Assembly: GCA_021498095.1 (NCBI GenBank)
Contig: JAIZWK010000001.1
Coordinates: forward strand, 1,590,001-1,622,000
Source: Candidatus Harpocratesius repetitus
GTDB lineage: Archaea > Asgardarchaeota > Lokiarchaeia > Sigyniarchaeales > Promethearchaeaceae
Direction of reading: 5' to 3'
Length of the DNA stretch: 32,000 bases
Positions within the stretch are counted from its first letter, which is position 1. The number at the start of each line of letters is the position of its first letter. A model generated the notes under the pieces. The model had not been told where the DNA came from. It made no database searches and worked only from the letters and a program-made list of their open reading frames with translations. Position numbers and translations under genes: made by a program. This document shows positions 27,448 through 32,000 of this stretch, piece after piece.

Positions 27448-27945
27448 TTACAGAATTTTTGAAAACTCTACTCGTAAAATACCTTTATCCAATTTTGCTT
27501 TTACTAAATTTGGATCCACGTTGTGTTCGATAGGTATTTCGACATGAATAGGACGTTCCCAAAAGAAATGGCTCCAAGCAATATGGCACTTATGTTTCTT
27601 GTTTTCATCTTTATTTTTAGTTTTTGATTGATTTTTACAAAGATTTGCTTCAATGTGGATGTGATTATCAGCAGAAAGAGAAATGTTAATATCTTGCGGT
27701 GATAATCCAGGAAGTGGCATTTCAACAATATAATGTGTTGATGTCTCTGTAAGATCATATGGCATGAATGTTTCTAATTTGTCAATAGGGACGAATTTCA
27801 AATATGTCTGCAATGTATGTAATAGCAAATCTTTTTCTTTCTGCGATAAATAACTATCAAATGGGGGTAGGGAAAAAAACTCTGTGAATTTGGAATCGTT
27901 AGGCATGATGATTTTCACCACTGGTTTTTCTAATCCTGCTCCCAC
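27448..27945 (-). CDS. hsp20: Small heat-shock protein (Hsp20); likely start ATG 27906
   Basis: Contains PYDLTET...Y.VEMPLPGLS..DI.I and VKAKLDKGILRV. Confidence 0.88.
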   Translation of the reverse strand: MGAGLEKPVVKIIMPNDSKFTEFFSLPPFDSYLSQKEKDLLLHTLQTYLKFVPIDKLETFMPYDLTETSTHYIVEMPLPGLSPQDINISLSADNHIHIEANLCKNQSKTKNKDENKKHKCHIAWSHFFWERPIHVEIPIEHNVDPNLVKAKLDKGILRVEFSKIL

Positions 27946-28508
27946 ACAACTTTTACTGGTATTATTTTCGTTTTTTCCTTTAATTCTGCAATTTTTTCTT
28001 CAATCACCTTGATGTCTTCGTCAATATTTTGAGTGTAGTCGTTTAACCATTGTGTTGCGCGTTCTTTTTCTCGTTTCAGCTGTTGTTTAAGATTTTCTAA
28101 TTCCTTGATATTCCATTTTGTTGGAGGCTGCTTGAATTGGGAGATTCCAAAGAAGCAGGGATTCTTAAAAAGGTGGACATCAAGGGGGATTCCTTGATTC
28201 ATTGGTTTAATGAGAATTTTAAAGAACGTGGGCAAAAAATTCATGCTGAGATTGAGTGCGTCAGGGATATGTTGGGTTATATATTCTTTTCCCGCTTGAG
28301 TGATTGTATACTTGGAATCGACTTTTTTTAAAGCACCTTGTTCAAGTAATTGTTTTAATTTTGGATAAATAGTTCCGGGTCCTGGAGTCCAAGCGGGGGC
28401 GAATAGTTCGTTGATTTTTTTCACGATGGAATAGCCGGTGATACCATTAGAATGATTGTTGATAATGGATAGTATGATAAGTTGATGGTTTTCTGGTTGA
28501 AAGAGCAT
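27930..28508 (-). CDS. PadR-family transcriptional regulator with a coiled-coil C-terminus
   Basis: IILSII...GITGYSIVKKI......PGPGTIYPKLKQL...G......YTITQAGK is a PadR wHTH. Confidence 0.88.
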   Translation of the reverse strand: MLFQPENHQLIILSIINNHSNGITGYSIVKKINELFAPAWTPGPGTIYPKLKQLLEQGALKKVDSKYTITQAGKEYITQHIPDALNLSMNFLPTFFKILIKPMNQGIPLDVHLFKNPCFFGISQFKQPPTKWNIKELENLKQQLKREKERATQWLNDYTQNIDEDIKVIEEKIAELKEKTKIIPVKVVWEQD

Positions 28509-28598
28509 GAAATATCACAGCATGAAGTTGGAAGAGTATTCGAAAATCGAATAATCTTAATTGATAATAGAATACAACGATATTTAAATGTTTGGTTA

Positions 28599-28616
28599 TC
28601 GAACATGAATGTTCGA
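28599..28616. promoter_or_regulatory. Candidate PadR operator
   Basis: Perfect palindrome TCGAACAT-GA-ATGTTCGA about 90 bp upstream of padR. TTCGAA recurs at 28539, 28612 and 28619. Confidence 0.45.
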
Positions 28617-28763
28617 AATTCGAATATTATGTTTTCTTGAAATTCGTTTTTCTTATTTTTTTGTTCGTAACAGCAGTAATACAGTTATTCCATATTTGGA
28701 AATTTTTCAGTAATCTTTCCGAAGGCATTGGTTTAATAGTTATGTAATGGTGAATAATATAGA

Positions 28764-29744
28764 ATGTTCCATAGTAAATCTGATATTGACATCAAAGGAT
28801 CTGAAGAGGCAAAAGCTTCATCATCATTCACAAAATTCAATCCACAACATATCAAGTATCTATGGATCATTGAAAAACATTCTTCAAAATCGCTCTTTTA
28901 TCATGAATTGGAAAATGTTCAGACTTTAGATGGTATGCTCTTATCTGGGCTGCTTTCTGCACTTAACAGTTTTTCTGAAGCAGAGTTGGGTGACTCTGGG
29001 ATTGAATCTATTGAAATGGGTGGATTAAGATGGGTTTATTTAAACAATCCAGAGACTCATTTAATGTTAATTGCAGCATCTGATAAACAAACACAAGCAC
29101 CTTTGATAAAAGCTAGGTTAAAAGTAATACATGATATGTTTATTCGTGATTTTCAAATAAATGATGAGTTTTGGAAGAAATGGGATTTTGAAATTGCTCA
29201 ATTTCGCCGATTTTCCGAAGTAGTTGAAACTCTTTATCAGCAATGGTCACAAGCTGATCATATTATGAATGTAGGGGCTTTGTTTGATTTAATGGGTATT
29301 TTTCAACAAATCTTTTGTATATTTATTAATATCGTGAATGATAATTTTGCGGGTTTAAAAAGACATATTGTATTAGAACGACTTCATCGCTATAGAGATA
29401 AACTTGAATTATGGTATCACAGGCAGAATTTAAGCGATAGTTATCGAGTAATTGAAATTTTCATACCTTCGATTGATTTAATTACAGATGAGATAATTTT
29501 TAGTGAAGCTCCTGCAACAAACATTTTTGGGTTAAATCCTGTTGGGCTAAACCAAGATGTGTTGATTCCGCTATTTTATTTAGTGTTACATCATTTTCAG
29601 AATGTATTGCAGAGAGAATTGGGTGAAAGACTGTATCTTTCTATCGTTAAAAAAGAAATTATCCCATTTTTATTACAAAAGTGGGAAATTTTGAAATCAA
29701 TGGAATTGAATAAACTATTATTACAACTATTTTTTGCAGACTGA
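28764..29744 (+). CDS. Protein with an N-terminal longin-like domain and a helical C-terminal region
   Basis: YLWIIEKHSSKSLFY...DGMLLSGLLSALNSFSEAE....IESIEMGGLRWVY......LMLIAASD.......K.RL..I...F matches the Asgard longin-like pattern. Confidence 0.6.
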   Translation: MFHSKSDIDIKGSEEAKASSSFTKFNPQHIKYLWIIEKHSSKSLFYHELENVQTLDGMLLSGLLSALNSFSEAELGDSGIESIEMGGLRWVYLNNPETHLMLIAASDKQTQAPLIKARLKVIHDMFIRDFQINDEFWKKWDFEIAQFRRFSEVVETLYQQWSQADHIMNVGALFDLMGIFQQIFCIFINIVNDNFAGLKRHIVLERLHRYRDKLELWYHRQNLSDSYRVIEIFIPSIDLITDEIIFSEAPATNIFGLNPVGLNQDVLIPLFYLVLHHFQNVLQRELGERLYLSIVKKEIIPFLLQKWEILKSMELNKLLLQLFFAD

Positions 29745-29811
29745 GCAGATACATGCAAAATCTCCTTTGTAACCAAAATCAATACCAAGAACAAAGAAAT
29801 AAAAAAAGTGC

Positions 29812-30207
29812 TTATTCTTTTATCGCAGTTGCTTTAATTTCAATAAGGCAATCTTTAGGAAGACGAGCCACTTCCACAGCTGCACGAGCAGGATAACCTG
29901 TATCTTTACAATAGGGTTCGAAAGTTTCGGCATAAATCTTATTCATTACGCCAAAATCATTCATATCTTTGAGAAACACTTCACAAATGACTATATCTGC
30001 TAAAGAATAACCTGCAGCATCAAGAACTGCTTGAATATTTGCGAAGACTTGACGAGTTTGTGCTTCTATCCCTTCTGGAATTGTTCCTAGATCTTTATTA
30101 ATTGGAATTTGACCTGATAAATAGAGTGTTTTATTAGTTTTTACTGCATGTGAGTAAGGCCCCACAGCTGCAGGGGCATTTGAAGCGTTAATTATTTCTT
30201 TAACCAT
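29812..30207 (-). CDS. ridA: RidA/YjgF/UK114 enamine-imine deaminase
   Basis: Contains [29 protein letters not shown] and [18 protein letters not shown]. Confidence 0.93.
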   Translation of the reverse strand: MVKEIINASNAPAAVGPYSHAVKTNKTLYLSGQIPINKDLGTIPEGIEAQTRQVFANIQAVLDAAGYSLADIVICEVFLKDMNDFGVMNKIYAETFEPYCKDTGYPARAAVEVARLPKDCLIEIKATAIKE

Positions 30208-30452
30208 GATTGAACACCGAGTAATTACTTTTACTTAAGAAAAGTAATATGATAAATGGAATGAAACATAAAAAATTCACTCTTTTAATATTAATATAGT
30301 AGGATAGATAAAAATTCAAAAAAAAATCAAGATTCTTTGTATTCTGCCTTAATTCACTACAGAATTAAATGATTAATAATTTATCTATCAATATTTTCGA
30401 TTTTCTTAAGATGAAAGATTACCAAAAGAAATTATTTTAATAAATAATTATT

Positions 30453-30956
30453 TTGAATATGGTTAAATGTAATGAAGATAGATTTACACCTGAGCAAAAG
30501 CTAAAATTCGATCTTCGTCATTATCCTGTTCGTCCTCATGTAGGTGTTGGAGGTGTCATTTGCTGGAAGGATTATGTAGTGATTGTAAAAAGAAAATATA
30601 ATCCAAATAAAGGAAAATGGGCAATTCCTGGAGGGCATTTAAAATTAGGTGAACGCGCCTCAGATGGTGCATTACGTGAATGCATGGAAGAAACAGGTTT
30701 ATTTCTTGAAGTGGGAGAATTGGCTTCAGTGATTGATAAGATTGATTATGATTCAAATGGAAAAATTGAATATCATTATGTTCTTTGTGATTATTGGATG
30801 ATTATACCAAATGCTGAATCATTTAAAGAACCTCCTCGGTTAATTCCTCAATCAGATGTAATTGATGCGCGTTTTGTTCATTTCGAAGAATTATCAAACT
30901 ATGAACTTACACCAACTGTGAAGAAATTATTTATAAATCTAAAAATTTTTAAGTAA
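30453..30956 (+). CDS. Nudix hydrolase (ADP-ribose pyrophosphatase-like); likely start ATG 30459
   Basis: Nudix box GGHLKLGERASDGALRECMEETGL, plus YP..PHVGVGGV and YHYVL.D. Confidence 0.9.
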   Translation: MNMVKCNEDRFTPEQKLKFDLRHYPVRPHVGVGGVICWKDYVVIVKRKYNPNKGKWAIPGGHLKLGERASDGALRECMEETGLFLEVGELASVIDKIDYDSNGKIEYHYVLCDYWMIIPNAESFKEPPRLIPQSDVIDARFVHFEELSNYELTPTVKKLFINLKIFK

Positions 30957-31022
30957 TTCTATAAACAGAAAAAATATTTTAATATAGAATTCAAATTATA
31001 AAAAATGAAAAATTATTAAGAA

Positions 31023-31496
31023 TCAATAAGAATTACCGCAGTTAGGACAAAATTTACCTCCTTGAGTCACTTCATGCCCACAGTATGGGCAAAATCGAGG
31101 GGAATCACGTGATGTTTTAGATTTTTCAATATTAGAGACAGATGTTTTTTCATTTTCCATTTGTGATTGCTTATGCATTCTTTCTTTTTCTTTCCATTCT
31201 TTGTGTTTCTTCTGAATTATTTGTTTTGTTTCAATAGAAAGTTCTTTTATTCTCTTAGCAGTGGTTTTTGCTTGTTCTTTAATTTGCTTCGATAATTTTT
31301 TCGATTTTTTTTTGATGGTTTTTGATTTCTCTTTTACTTGAATTTTAAGTTTTTTTCCTTTTGCTTTTAAATAATCTTTTAATGGAATTTCTTCAAAAGA
31401 ACCTTTAGATTCATCACATTTTGAATTTGAATGATCTTTACTGCTATCTATTTTTTTTTCGTCTTTATAATAATTTAAGTTTGAATTTTTTGCCAT
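31023..31496 (-). CDS. Lys-rich hypothetical protein with a C-terminal double Zn ribbon
   Basis: Ends in FCPYCG.....GKFCPNCG. The middle is a charged helical segment. Confidence 0.75.
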   Translation of the reverse strand: MAKNSNLNYYKDEKKIDSSKDHSNSKCDESKGSFEEIPLKDYLKAKGKKLKIQVKEKSKTIKKKSKKLSKQIKEQAKTTAKRIKELSIETKQIIQKKHKEWKEKERMHKQSQMENEKTSVSNIEKSKTSRDSPRFCPYCGHEVTQGGKFCPNCGNSY

Positions 31497-31651
31497 AATG
31501 CTTACCTTAAATGAGTAATCAAGATTAGGATGATATATTTGATATATTTGTAATAAAATATAACCCTTTTTCAGATTAAATATTTCTAATTATTAGTAGA
31601 ATTTAATCAATCTAAAAGCATTTGGAGTCTGGTAATTAGCAATCTTACTTT

Positions 31652-31999
31652 TTATTCAAATTCTTTCCAAATAACGGATAAATCTTCAATAAAAAGCTGG
31701 AGATTGCCTGAGTCAAAGAATATCTGAACATTTCCATCACTTACATTACTTAAGGTTAACGATGATTGCTGTAAATTTTGGTTTTGTAGAGGATATTCAC
31801 ATCCTGAAAGATTAACATTACAACATTCAGAATATGGAATAAGAGAAAAAATTTTTCCTTTTTTGACAGGAATTTTGTATTTTTTCAAAGGAGATAAAGC
31901 TTTTAGGCATCCACTTGCACTGATCAACCAAAATTTATCAGGCGCTTTAAACAATAAGAGTTTATTAAAAAGATCGTGATCTAATCGTCCTCCTATCAT
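31652..31999 (-). CDS. thiN: Thiamine pyrophosphokinase, C-terminal part (5' end lies outside the window)
   Basis: Contains GGRLDH..., FSLIP...V.LSGC.YPL and TLSN.......I....G.L. Confidence 0.8.
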   Translation of the reverse strand: MIGGRLDHDLFNKLLLFKAPDKFWLISASGCLKALSPLKKYKIPVKKGKIFSLIPYSECCNVNLSGCEYPLQNQNLQQSSLTLSNVSDGNVQIFFDSGNLQLFIEDLSVIWKEFE

Positions 32000-32000
32000 A

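Noticed and set aside
28607-28641. Eukaryotic-type heat-shock elements (GAAnnTTC at 28607, TTCnnGAA at 28634) upstream of the hsp20 operon
   Set aside because: There are only isolated pairs, not three contiguous alternating nGAAn units, and no HSF-like gene. The PadR palindrome explains the pattern better.
1381-30756. Short track ORFs overlapping better-supported genes (for example 1381..1611, 3277..3516, 4774..4965, 4802..5083, 5419..5658, 6649..6837, 7709..7960, 8397..8699, 10544..10741, 10878..11060, 12275..12643, 15470..15733, 15534..15803, 18321..18560, 20290..20535, 21260..21469, 21778..21963, 21957..22163, 22274..22717, 23016..23219, 23100..23282, 26385..26585, 26764..26988, 26804..26995, 27504..27758, 28137..28331, 28421..28606, 28747..28929, 29597..29794, 30556..30756)
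   Set aside because: They are antisense or alternate-frame shadows with no recognisable motifs.
1-32000. tRNA, rRNA or other structured RNA genes
   Set aside because: No cloverleaf or T-loop consensus and no long GC-rich helical region was seen by eye in the intergenic gaps. tRNAscan-SE and Infernal were not run, so small guide RNAs cannot be excluded.

Overview
AT-rich archaeal chromosomal window. It carries aIF2-alpha, Nop10, PriL/PriS and GINS. Several longin-like and 7TM-longin proteins suggest an Asgard archaeon of Lokiarchaeia type; this is an inference, no search was run. (1) About 1-8900 is a decaying mobile or defence island. It holds an intact-looking IS4-superfamily (ISH3-like) DDE transposase sitting inside a TOPRIM-domain gene, a tniQ pseudogene fused to a truncated second IS, a stand-alone TopA-type Zn-ribbon gene, a Zn-finger/PD-(D/E)xK nuclease and a frameshifted orphan gene. 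(2) 9801-12758 is a compact ArsR-led operon: stand-alone HdrA N-terminal module, 2x[4Fe-4S] ferredoxin, a DGC-GcvH (lipoyl carrier) fusion and two more DGC proteins, with a candidate operator over the TATA box. This is the best candidate for an uncharacterised system. (3) 12784-32000 is mostly housekeeping: priL-priS-gins, two 7TM-longin proteins, eIF2A-nop10 (nop10 is missing from the ORF track), Lrp, a U32 protein, a protein with an ER/K repeat of about 145 aa, a methyltransferase, a padR-hsp20-orf-hsp20 operon, RidA, a Nudix hydrolase and a partial thiamine pyrophosphokinase. No rRNA, tRNA or CRISPR array was recognised. All family calls come from motifs read by eye.
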